Shown piece by piece: positions 17,442-25,807 of a stretch of DNA of 36,034 nucleotides (positions within the stretch are counted from its first letter, which is position 1; the number at the start of each line of letters is the position of its first letter). The DNA is from Candidatus Sigynarchaeum calidifontis (GTDB taxonomy: Archaea; Asgardarchaeota; Lokiarchaeia; Sigyniarchaeales; Sigyniarchaeaceae). Under the pieces are notes generated by a model. It saw only the letters and a list, made by a program, of their open reading frames with translations, had not been told where the DNA came from and made no database searches. The translations under genes were made by a program, and so were the position numbers. Location: NCBI GenBank assembly GCA_030587475.2, contig JAUQYZ020000232.1, positions 1 to 36,034 on the forward strand. The letters are read 5' to 3'.

Positions 17442-17758
17442 CAAGGCTCCTCTCAAGAAATGACTTCCCAGCCGCTTGTTGTTGGACGCCTCGTGGTTTT
17501 CTCACGAAGCCCGGGAACCGCTGGTGGGCACGTGTTCTCGAAGCCAATCGAGGAGGCCACGGGCTTCAACACTGTCGTGCGCGGCCACGAGCAAAGTCAC
17601 CGGGTGGGACGAACCCGTCCGCTGCATTCTCACGTAGCTCTTCTGGCCCATGACGAAAAGGTCAAAATTCGCGATGTCCGAGAATCGCACGGGCTTGCCT
17701 CTCCGCAGGATGCGCCGGCACCAGCATCGATCAATTGCTAGTGCTCTAATTCATAATT

Positions 17759-18407
17759 TTAGACATCACCCAACTTAAAGGTTTTTTTCGCTTTCTTTTT
17801 AGTGAACCTCCACTTGATTTTCACGTGTGCTTTATTTCGAGGTCTCTCCCATGCTTTGACGTGGGTTCGGAGGTTCCCTTCATGAACGAATCGCTGTCCT
17901 TTCAAACATTGCCGTTCAAGAACGCCTATTTCAAGCTCAGCTACGTTCAACCAACTTGCATGCACCGGAGTAAAATGAAAAACGATTTTGGAGAGTACTT
18001 CGTCACTACTTGCCATTTCACGCAATTTGTTCTCGGAATGGGTTCCAAAATTGTCCGCGACGATATGGATTTTTTTCACCCGCGGATACTTGGCAACGAC
18101 GTCCTGCAAGAACGTGAAATAATCCAAACGCTTCTTTTTGGTCGTGACCTTCGTGAGGCGCTTCCCACCTTTAGGCTGAACTGCAAGGAAAACATTAGCG
18201 GTTCCATCTCGTTTGTATTGGTAATCGATACGAACGCCGTGTTCCTTCTTTAATTGGAGGGGTGCATGCAAATGGTCTAATTATTGAACTGTCTTTTCGT
18301 CTATGCCGATCACAGGCTCTTTCGGGTCATATTTACGAGCATACAAATCCAGGATATCGTTCATGCGCTCGATAAACGTGTCCGTTATTTTCGGGATGCA
18401 CCACATC
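17759..18407 (-). pseudogene. IS630 transposase OrfB (DDE domain), -1 frame, with a premature TAA
   Basis: The -1 frame reads MWCIPKITDTFIERMNDILDLY...IGIDEKTVQ*LDHLHAPL...DYQYKRDGT...IVADNFGTH...FTPVHASWLNVAELE. The in-frame TAA lies at 18283-18281. Confidence 0.9.
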
Positions 18408-18849
18408 TTTTTTTCCACGGCTTGAGCTCGTGCCCGGCCAACGTGCGTTGTATTGAACCCCAGCCCACGCTAATCGCGAAACGGCCTTTCATCTCCGACT
18501 TGAGAAGCTTGATAGTCCAAGTATTGCGGCCCGCAGGTGGTTCCTCGCACGCCAACGCAGTTATCTTCGCCTCAATGTCAGGTGTGACTTGTACGGGCTT
18601 TCCAGGTCTTGGTTTTTCTCCCAACGCCGCCTCGAGACCACCCTCGTTGAACTTGCGTCGCGTGTTCCGGATCATCGTGCCGCTCACGCCCAAGCCCGAC
18701 TGAATCTCCTCGTAGGTTTTTCCATCGTCGCAAGCAAGTAGGATCATGACACGTTTGAAAAATCGAGCGCTTCCCTTTCCACGCTTTTTCAATGTCTCAA
18801 GGTGGCTTCGTTGAGCAAGATCCAGCTTGATGGGATAAAGGTTCTTCAT
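18385..18849 (-). CDS. IS630 transposase OrfA (helix-turn-helix part)
   Basis: KRVMILLACDDG, FNEGGLEAAL..KPRPGKP, IT.LACEEPP.G...WT..LL, LKPWKK; ends at the slippery run TGG AAAAAAA G (T7 on the + strand at 18408-18414). Confidence 0.9.
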   Translation of the reverse strand: MKNLYPIKLDLAQRSHLETLKKRGKGSARFFKRVMILLACDDGKTYEEIQSGLGVSGTMIRNTRRKFNEGGLEAALGEKPRPGKPVQVTPDIEAKITALACEEPPAGRNTWTIKLLKSEMKGRFAISVGWGSIQRTLAGHELKPWKKRCGASRK

Positions 18850-19697
18850 GAATGATGAAACGGAAAAACGGATATAAAGTTCATGACAATAAAATGCTAT
18901 TTAAATCAACGGGTTGATGCACTAGTTGCTTGAATTCTGGATAGATGATTACCGATTTTACTTCCGTGATGCCAATGGCAAAGCCGAAGAGAAGGATCGA
19001 GATCGCAGCAATCATCCATCCCTCGAACGTCGCCCTCATGGAGAGTAGTATAAGGCCACCCGTGATAGCAAAAATGCCCATGCCAACAAACGTAAAAAAA
19101 AGAACAAAAACCGCATTCCTTGAGTTGCTATCGATGCGCGCGACGGAGGAGCCGTCGCTCGTCTCGGGGTAGTCCACTTGCCGCTTCGACTTGATGGGCA
19201 GTTGCCTGGTTGCAGGGATATACGCGTTCATCCGCGTGAATAGGTCTTGGACAACGGCATCCTTCAAAAGCCCGAAAGTGGTACCTGCAACCGGGATGAG
19301 CGGGATATGCCGCCCGTTCGTGGTCTCGAGCACGATCATGTAGTAATATTTATCGTGACCCACTATATCTATGCGGAACGAGACGATGTCGTCGAAGTTG
19401 AAGCTTTCGACCTTTTGCTGCCCGTGCACTTTTTTGTTGTAAACGACGCTTATCGTGCAGCTGGGTTTGTCGATGATGACGGCCGCGGGTTGCCCCCAAA
19501 CAACATCTTCGAAGTCTACGACGAACTGCCCGGCATCCGCCGAGATCGATTTGACACGGGTCATGGGGTGATGACCTAGTACCTGGCTTAAAAGCTTGAC
19601 ATCTGACCGGCCATAGTGACGATAACATCAATCCAATTCAGCTTGATCTCACAAAAAGAAACGATAAACGAGAAGACCGGCATGTAGACCGAAGCGT

Positions 19698-21131
19698 TCA
19701 CGTGCCCTCGAGCCGCTTCTTCGCGAAGATGGCCTTCAGCTCGTCCATCATGGTCAAGCGGATGTTGGCGTGCTGCGGGCGCACTTGCGGCGAGGAGATC
19801 AGTGGCTGGGGCCCGGCGGGAGCGGCGGCCATCGGGGGCGGCGGGTGCACGCCGGCGGGAAGCGATTGCGGCGCGGCGGCCGCGGGTGCCGTGGCGACTG
19901 CGGCGGGAACGGGCTGGGCACGCATGGCCGCGGCGAAATCGGAATACTTCCCCACGAGAGTTTGCTCGATGCGGGCGACGCGTGCTTCGAGCTGGCCGAT
20001 GACGTTGGTCATCCTGGTAAACTGCTCCTCCATCGTGTTGGCAAGGTTGATCGTGAGGTTCATGGCCGTGTCCAGGATCTCGCCCATTGACTTGACCGGG
20101 TCCTTTTTCTTCTCCTCGATCTCCTTCTGCTCGTCGAGCACGCCCTTGATGAACCCCGTGAATTTGGCCTCGCGGCTATACATGTAATAGATGGATGTCG
20201 GATACGCGTCGTAATCGAACTCATATTTCTTCATGATGTCGAGCAAGCCATCCTTGACAGCCTCGATATTCATCTGGAACTCGACGGACTCCATAATGTC
20301 GGGATCTGACTTGTGCAAGAAGAACAAGAAGAACGGGTTTTCGCCGAGATACTTGAACGCGTCGAGGAGCTGGCTGAGATACGCGAGGGATTCAGGGAGG
20401 CGCGCCATGTCTTGCATATCGATGACGTAGACGACCATATCAGTCTGGAGAAAGAAGGTCTCGTAGGCTTCTTGATTTTGCAAATAGGCCAAACGGTATT
20501 CTTTCTGGCCACCTAAGTCCCAGACATGTATGCTAAAATCCTTCGTGGTGATCGTTTCGCGGGAAACCTTTTTCGTGGGCTTCAATCTCCGGAGAAATGA
20601 TGGATTGATCCGCCCAGATAGCACGTTGATGATGGCCGTCTTGCCCGCGTTGTCGAGACCGATAAACATGATCTTCTTGTCTTTTTTCTCCTTGATGTAG
20701 AAGTCTTGTTTCTTCTCGGCCCTAGCGATGAGCCTTGCAGCGACGATGATATCACGGAGCAGGTCGGTGCTGATGATTTCGGACAAACGATTGATGATGT
20801 TGTCTTTTAGCATCGAAAACTTGATGGGATCCTCGACGTCGCCACGGCCTTGCATGAGGGACTCGAATGGCTTGGCAGGATCGAGGTCGACGAGGTCCAC
20901 GATGCGGTTCACGAACGCCGCTTCCTCGAGGAGCTTCGCCGTTTTCTGGTCCACTTTCTTCATTGCGGTCAGCGGCGCCTCCAGGATTTCCTTCACGTTC
21001 GCGAACTTCTGATCCTCCTTTAAAAACCGCTTGCAAATCGCGTCAACCAGCTGTTGCATTTTCGTCGGTTCGTTGCTGCTCATGATGGCCAGTCCAGCTC
21101 CGGCCGGGGAACGCACACCCGGCAGTGTCAT
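19698..21131 (-). CDS. Multidomain Arf-like small GTPase: HhH-like N-domain, GTPase, coiled coil, Pro/Ala linker, C-terminal basic amphipathic helix
   Basis: G1 GLDNAGKT (20660-20637), G2 LKPT, G3 WDLGGQ, G4 HKSD, G5 PTSI. Start ATG 21131 or 21083. Confidence 0.9.
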   Translation of the reverse strand: MTLPGVRSPAGAGLAIMSSNEPTKMQQLVDAICKRFLKEDQKFANVKEILEAPLTAMKKVDQKTAKLLEEAAFVNRIVDLVDLDPAKPFESLMQGRGDVEDPIKFSMLKDNIINRLSEIISTDLLRDIIVAARLIARAEKKQDFYIKEKKDKKIMFIGLDNAGKTAIINVLSGRINPSFLRRLKPTKKVSRETITTKDFSIHVWDLGGQKEYRLAYLQNQEAYETFFLQTDMVVYVIDMQDMARLPESLAYLSQLLDAFKYLGENPFFLFFLHKSDPDIMESVEFQMNIEAVKDGLLDIMKKYEFDYDAYPTSIYYMYSREAKFTGFIKGVLDEQKEIEEKKKDPVKSMGEILDTAMNLTINLANTMEEQFTRMTNVIGQLEARVARIEQTLVGKYSDFAAAMRAQPVPAAVATAPAAAAPQSLPAGVHPPPPMAAAPAGPQPLISSPQVRPQHANIRLTMMDELKAIFAKKRLEGT

Positions 21132-21153
21132 CTAGTACATGTGTTTTCCACAA

Positions 21154-21165
21154 GTAAATATTTAC
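21154..21165. promoter_or_regulatory. Perfect 12-bp palindrome GTAAATATTTAC, a likely TATA box and/or operator of the GTPase gene
   Basis: Lies 23-34 bp upstream of ATG 21131 on the minus strand, the spacing expected for an archaeal leaderless transcript. Confidence 0.5.
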
Positions 21166-21444
21166 ATGGCGTGGTGATGAGCCTTCATTCGAGAGGATGC
21201 AGATAATGGCAAGAACAAGTGATCACGTGAAGTTTTAATTCAGTCATCGGTGCTTCTAAAATGGCTTCTATCTTGAAGAGTTTGCCACTTGTCCTTAAAA
21301 AACGAGAAGATTGACGCTTCAAGTCGATCCACCCGGGCGTGCTGGTCACGGGCGTCATCATGGCGCGCCTCGTCCCGATGCTATCGATCGCGGGAACAAC
21401 GGGGCACCATCACCTTTTTTTCTCCCCTTGCCCGATCGTAAGCC

Positions 21445-21903
21445 ATGGGAAAGTACACGGTCGGCCTCGGCGGCACGTTCGACCACCTCCACGCGGGGCA
21501 CGAGAAGCTCCTCCAGGTCGCGTTCGACTTCGGTTCCAAGGTCGTGGTCGGCCTCGCGAGCGATGCATTGCTTAAAAACAAGAAGTTCAAGGAAAACCTC
21601 CAGACATTCGACGAGCGAAAGCAAAACCTCATCGCGTTCGCGAAAAAGATCGGCCGTGCCAAGGACTTGACCATCATCGAGCTCGACGACCCGCTGGGCC
21701 CCGCCATCACGAGCCCGGATCTCGACGTCCACGTCTCTTCAGAGGAAACCACCAATGTTGCCCAGCAGATCAACGAGGAGCGGCGCAAGCGGGGCCTCAA
21801 GCCCTTGATCATGGTCACGATCCCGATGGTGCTCAAGGCCGACGGCGTTCGATATTCGTCGACCGAGATCCGGGAACAAGCGGCCAAGAAGCGCTCCGGT
21901 TAA
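21445..21903 (+). CDS. coaD: Phosphopantetheine adenylyltransferase, archaeal/eukaryotic type
   Basis: GGTFDHLHAGHEKLL (HxGH), VGLASD, LDDPLGP, VSSEET, INEERRKRGL, SSTEIR. Confidence 0.92.
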   Translation: MGKYTVGLGGTFDHLHAGHEKLLQVAFDFGSKVVVGLASDALLKNKKFKENLQTFDERKQNLIAFAKKIGRAKDLTIIELDDPLGPAITSPDLDVHVSSEETTNVAQQINEERRKRGLKPLIMVTIPMVLKADGVRYSSTEIREQAAKKRSG

Positions 21904-21926
21904 GAAAAAGAGGGAGAAAAGGGGAT

Positions 21927-23930
21927 TCATGGCTTCGTGAGGAGCCATGTCTGCGGCGAAACATTGCTTGGCCCGGCCAGCGCCACGCCGTTCGGGTACA
22001 TGGCCGTGATGTTGCACGTTTTCCCGCTGATGGAGATCTCCATGAAATGGTACGCTTGCTCGCCGTAGTCGTAGCCGAGCTGCGTCGCCTCGTCGTGGTA
22101 CGCCTGGGACGGCGGGTAATGGTAGTAGTATTTCCCGTCGTGCGTGCCCGCCGGGCTGTATTGCGTGTAATTCACCACGAATCCTGGATGCGTCAGGTAC
22201 CGGGACGAGTTCCAGGAGCGGCCCTGGTACGATTTTTCCTGGTAGATGCCGGCGGTCATGTTCCACCAGCGAACCGTGCTTGTTCTCGTGCCCATGGTCA
22301 AGATCCCGTAGTCGACCTCCAGGTTCGCGCCACCGGTGCCCGTGCAGAAGTACTGGACGGGGTGGTGCGTCCACGTGTCGGTCGGCTCGTAGACGAGCCC
22401 GTTCCACCCGTATGTGTAATTAAAATGCTCGTAGTGATGGTCATGGCCGTAGAACACGGCGTCGACGGACAGCCGGTCGAACAGGGGCGCCAACACGCGC
22501 TGCAACGACTGGTCCGTGCCGATCGTGCCGGTCGACATGATGGTCACGTGGAAGAAACAAAAGATCCAGTCTTGTCCCCGCGCCTTGGCGGCCGTGATGT
22601 CGTCTTCCATCCATTTCATTTGGCGGGCAGTCACGGCGCCGAGCCGCTCGAAGTTGTCGATGACCACGAAGTGAGCGTTCAGGTAATCGAACGAGTAGTA
22701 TTGCGAGAGGGGGCCGCCGACATAGGGATAGGAGAACAGGTCGCCCCAGTTGCGGCTACCGGCCATGCCGCTCCAGTCGTGATTTCCGATCGCGCACTGG
22801 ATAGGCACGTGCGCGCCGAGGCGGGCCAGGCTCGTGAAGGAAAGATGCCAGTCTTCCAGGTCGGAGCCGCTCGATGCGATGTCACCCACCTGGAGGGCGA
22901 AATCCACGTCCCGCTTGAGAATACCGTCGACGATGATGCCGTTCGTCCTCATGACATCGGACGTGGCACTGGTAGGCTGCATGTCGCCGAACACGGCAAA
23001 CTTGAATGGCCTTGGAGTCGCGGGCGCGGTCGTGAAGTTGAACTGCGTGGACGCGTGGGGTGTCTCGAAGGTCTCGGGGATCCGGTAGAAATACGTGGTG
23101 TCAGGGCTCAAGCCATGGAGGTACACCTTGTGCAAGTAAACGAGGTTCGGATCGGAATATGTCCTGTCGAGAACGGCCGGGTTCGTCCCGTAGTGGACGA
23201 CCGTGACGTTCCGTGCTGCCGTGAGCCACGAAATGCACACCGACGTCCGCGGGTCGGCGTTCCACGTGAGCCATGGCCCATCATTGTGCCCGTTCCCGCC
23301 GCTTATCTGGCTCTCGACCAGGTTCACGTGAAAGAAATCCATCGCGAAACCACCAGCGATGATGAATATCAGTCCAAATACCGTGAGCATGGTACTCTTC
23401 GCTAACATCCCGCCGCGAGACCGATACCCGGCCGCTGCCGTGCCCCCCATGCCCGCGTTGAGCGTTTTTCCACCGAAGTAGATAAAAAAACATGGCACCG
23501 CAGTGATGAAGAGGATCACGGTGAAGATGACGAGCGCGCGGAGAGAGGGATAGAACGTGTTGAAATCATCCAGGTCGAGGTTGAACAAATCGAGCCCGGC
23601 CATGGACACATATATGAAAAACACGCCCGCGGCGATCCCGATCACGATCGGGGTGATGACGAGCCATTTCAAGTTGACTTCTTTCACCTGGCATTTCCGG
23701 GAAAAACGCTCGTTCCGGTCTAGCAAGTAACCAATGACCATTCCACCGGCGCTCACGGCGATGCCGCTGATGACCGCGTGCTCGGAGCCGACCAGGTCGG
23801 CTTGGAAAAACCAGAACACGATGCCGTCTATCAAGATGAATACGATCCCAGCCGCGATCGCCATCAATCCTACAAACATCTGGAAGGGGGTCTGGGGATA
23901 TTTAACACGCGATGCGTTGGTTTGTTCCAT
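21927..23930 (-). CDS. Membrane-anchored purple-acid-phosphatase-like metallophosphoesterase
   Basis: About 5 N-terminal TM helices, an Fn3-like HKVYLHGLSPDTTYFYRI segment, and metallophosphoesterase motifs FGD, GDIA, GNHD, FFH, GHDHHYE. Confidence 0.9.
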   Translation of the reverse strand: MEQTNASRVKYPQTPFQMFVGLMAIAAGIVFILIDGIVFWFFQADLVGSEHAVISGIAVSAGGMVIGYLLDRNERFSRKCQVKEVNLKWLVITPIVIGIAAGVFFIYVSMAGLDLFNLDLDDFNTFYPSLRALVIFTVILFITAVPCFFIYFGGKTLNAGMGGTAAAGYRSRGGMLAKSTMLTVFGLIFIIAGGFAMDFFHVNLVESQISGGNGHNDGPWLTWNADPRTSVCISWLTAARNVTVVHYGTNPAVLDRTYSDPNLVYLHKVYLHGLSPDTTYFYRIPETFETPHASTQFNFTTAPATPRPFKFAVFGDMQPTSATSDVMRTNGIIVDGILKRDVDFALQVGDIASSGSDLEDWHLSFTSLARLGAHVPIQCAIGNHDWSGMAGSRNWGDLFSYPYVGGPLSQYYSFDYLNAHFVVIDNFERLGAVTARQMKWMEDDITAAKARGQDWIFCFFHVTIMSTGTIGTDQSLQRVLAPLFDRLSVDAVFYGHDHHYEHFNYTYGWNGLVYEPTDTWTHHPVQYFCTGTGGANLEVDYGILTMGTRTSTVRWWNMTAGIYQEKSYQGRSWNSSRYLTHPGFVVNYTQYSPAGTHDGKYYYHYPPSQAYHDEATQLGYDYGEQAYHFMEISISGKTCNITAMYPNGVALAGPSNVSPQTWLLTKP

Positions 23931-24356
23931 TGTACCTCATCCGATTGTTTTTACCCGCTTGGTGCTGGGAAACGCGACTTTGCTGCGGGTTCGAGAAAGA
24001 AACGTGATGAGACGTGGTGGTCAGATCCGTCCTATTGCGAATCCTTCTCGAAGCGAGATTATGTATATTTTTCGACACCAGATGGCGACCTGTCGAGCGG
24101 GTCACGTGGCCATCGTGAAGGTCACGAGGGAAAATAGCTGCCGCTGCATCGGACACCTCGACCAAGACATCGGAGATCCCGTGAAAAAGCCGAAAGATGC
24201 GCTCAGGACTCAAGATCATCGTCATGCTGCTAGCCAGGCATTAATCCGGCCTCGTCGGAATAGGGTCACTCATCATCGCGCGCGAATGACCTACGCCCGG
24301 TTGGTTAAAATGCTTGGGCGTCTCTATGCAATTGCTAGCTGGTCGTGGTTGAACAC

Positions 24357-24540
24357 ATGGTGCTCGTGAAAGCTTGCGAGGTAGCCGCGTTCCCGAAAAA
24401 TGAAGGCTCGGTTTCTCGGCACGGCCAATTGAGGTAGCCATATTCAAGGTAGATGGAGTTTTTTACGCACTGGAGCGGTTTTGCCCCCATGTAAAAGGAG
24501 ATCTCATGAATGTCAATGATAGAAAAAGGCCACGTCACGA
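24357..24540 (+). pseudogene. Frameshifted, truncated Rieske [2Fe-2S] ferredoxin (NirD/dioxygenase-ferredoxin-like) remnant
   Basis: ATG 24357: MVLVKACEVAAFPKNEG; shifted frame from 24428: IEVAIFKVDGVFYALERFCPHVKGDL (CPH at 24482-24490); back in the first frame from 24519: IEKGHVT. It then runs into the stop of the opposing gene and has no second CPxH. Confidence 0.75.
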
Positions 24541-25710
24541 TCACGGGTCGAACTCATCGATCTTGACGGCACGCCCCGTCCGGCTGCTCTCGTAGACCGC
24601 TTCGATGACCCGCTGGGCGTAGAGACCATACTCGAGCTTGACCGGCGACGGCTGCCCCTTCACGATGGCATCGAAAAACCGCAAGTCTTCGTAGTAGTAT
24701 GGCCCCGCGAGCTCGGCGCTGACATGAGACATGCCGATGGAATAACGGAAATAAGCATCCATCACCGCGTCGTCCAGCTCTTGCTCGGGCTCTTTCAAGC
24801 ACCGGGTCTTGATGGTAACCAGCTTGCGCTTCTTGTCCGCGCCCGCTCTCTCGTCAACGGTCACGTGAACCCAGGCATTCTCGAAATAAAATTCCATTCG
24901 CCGTTCCGAGAAGTCGATATCGTTCCACATCGAGTTGACCGACAGGTTCAAGCCGTTCTTGAACGTGATGATGGCTGAGACACCGGTCTCGATGCCGGGG
25001 CGATCCATGTAGGTCACCTTGCCGTAGACCTCGTCAACCTCGCCGAATGCAAAAATGAGGCCGTCGATGTCGTGGATCGTGTGCTCGAACAAGATGCCCG
25101 CGTGTGCCTTGCTCACGTCTCCCCGCCACGTGGATCCATGGACCTCTTCCTTCCCCTTGTATGGTTTTTCCTGGCTGTCGCGGAACACGACGTTGGAGAT
25201 ACGACCCCACTTCGCCTTGTTCTCGGCCAAGAGCTTCTTGAGATAGATGATTTGCGGGGCACTGCGAAACACGAGCCCGGCTTGTACCACGATGTGGTTA
25301 TCATCCCTCGCGGCGATCATCTTCCGGACATCGCCGGGGGAAAAGGCAAGTGGCTTCTCGCAAAACACGTGCTTTTTCTTCGCGGCGGCTTTCAAGACGT
25401 AATCGAGATGATCGGCCGTCGGGACGAGCACATAGATCGCGTGCACGTCCGGGTCATCGATGAGGTCATACCCGGCGCGCGGACCGCCGTAACGCTTCGG
25501 CACGGAGAATGCCGACGCCAACCGGTCAAGGGCCGCGGGATCCGTGTCGGCCATGGCGTACAGCTTCACGCGTACCTTCTTGCTGGCATCCTTCCAGATC
25601 TTCCGGGCGTTGTTTTCCACGAGAGAAATGGAGAACGCGTGGTTCTCGGCGATGCAACCGCAGCCGATGAGGCCGACGTTGATAACTTGCCTTTCATGGG
25701 TGCCGCTCAT
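24541..25710 (-). CDS. Gfo/Idh/MocA family NAD(P)-dependent oxidoreductase
   Basis: VGLIGCGCIA, DDPDVHAIYVLVPTADH, KHVFCEKPLA, AGILFEHTIHDID. Confidence 0.93.
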   Translation of the reverse strand: MSGTHERQVINVGLIGCGCIAENHAFSISLVENNARKIWKDASKKVRVKLYAMADTDPAALDRLASAFSVPKRYGGPRAGYDLIDDPDVHAIYVLVPTADHLDYVLKAAAKKKHVFCEKPLAFSPGDVRKMIAARDDNHIVVQAGLVFRSAPQIIYLKKLLAENKAKWGRISNVVFRDSQEKPYKGKEEVHGSTWRGDVSKAHAGILFEHTIHDIDGLIFAFGEVDEVYGKVTYMDRPGIETGVSAIITFKNGLNLSVNSMWNDIDFSERRMEFYFENAWVHVTVDERAGADKKRKLVTIKTRCLKEPEQELDDAVMDAYFRYSIGMSHVSAELAGPYYYEDLRFFDAIVKGQPSPVKLEYGLYAQRVIEAVYESSRTGRAVKIDEFDP

Positions 25711-25807
25711 GAGTAATAAGAATGCACGTCGGGGCTATTAAAAAATCGGTTAATTAAACGACCCATACTTCACTAGCTCGACCAAATGAATCAAGTGAGA
25801 GTTCACC

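Larger units (their letters stand above)
17741..18922 (-). mobile_element. IS630-family insertion sequence (1182 bp), probably inactive
   Basis: TA duplication (17739-40 and 18923-24) in a CTAG context, imperfect terminal inverted repeats beginning GTGC, two-ORF transposase with an A7 frameshift, and a more AT-rich composition than the flanks. Confidence 0.93.
17502..19564 (-). pseudogene. Membrane protein gene (PH-like - 2TM - PH-like, 292 aa when reconstructed) interrupted by IS630
   Basis: Removing 17741-18922 and one TA copy joins ...PEFKQL (19564-18923, 214 codons) in frame to AIDRCWCRRILRRGKPVRFSDIANFDL...LLDWLREHVPTSGSRAS* (17738-17502). Confidence 0.88.

Noticed and set aside
17460-17741. 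Plus-strand ORF containing VVRGHEQ, resembling the RGHE motif of PPP phosphatases
   Set aside because: It is the antisense shadow of the 3' half of the IS-interrupted gene, which joins in frame across the IS; no other PPP motifs are present.
18281-18283. Stop-codon readthrough or an alternative genetic code in the transposase
   Set aside because: TAA, TAG and TGA all end ordinary genes in this window; a single TTA-to-TAA mutation is the simpler explanation.
19713-19751. GTPase C-terminal helix as an ESCRT-III MIM1 motif
   Set aside because: It lacks the L-x-x-R-L-x-x-L pattern of MIM1; the FAB/WH2-like or membrane-helix readings fit better.
22047-23405. Long antisense ORFs (e.g. 22047-23405, 9240-10520, 32006-32839, 3271-4014)
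   Set aside because: These are antisense shadows of well-supported genes, expected from GC3-biased codon usage, and carry no motifs.
23960-24010. tRNA-like GGGTTCGAG
   Set aside because: No T-stem pairing, acceptor stem or cloverleaf can be built around it.
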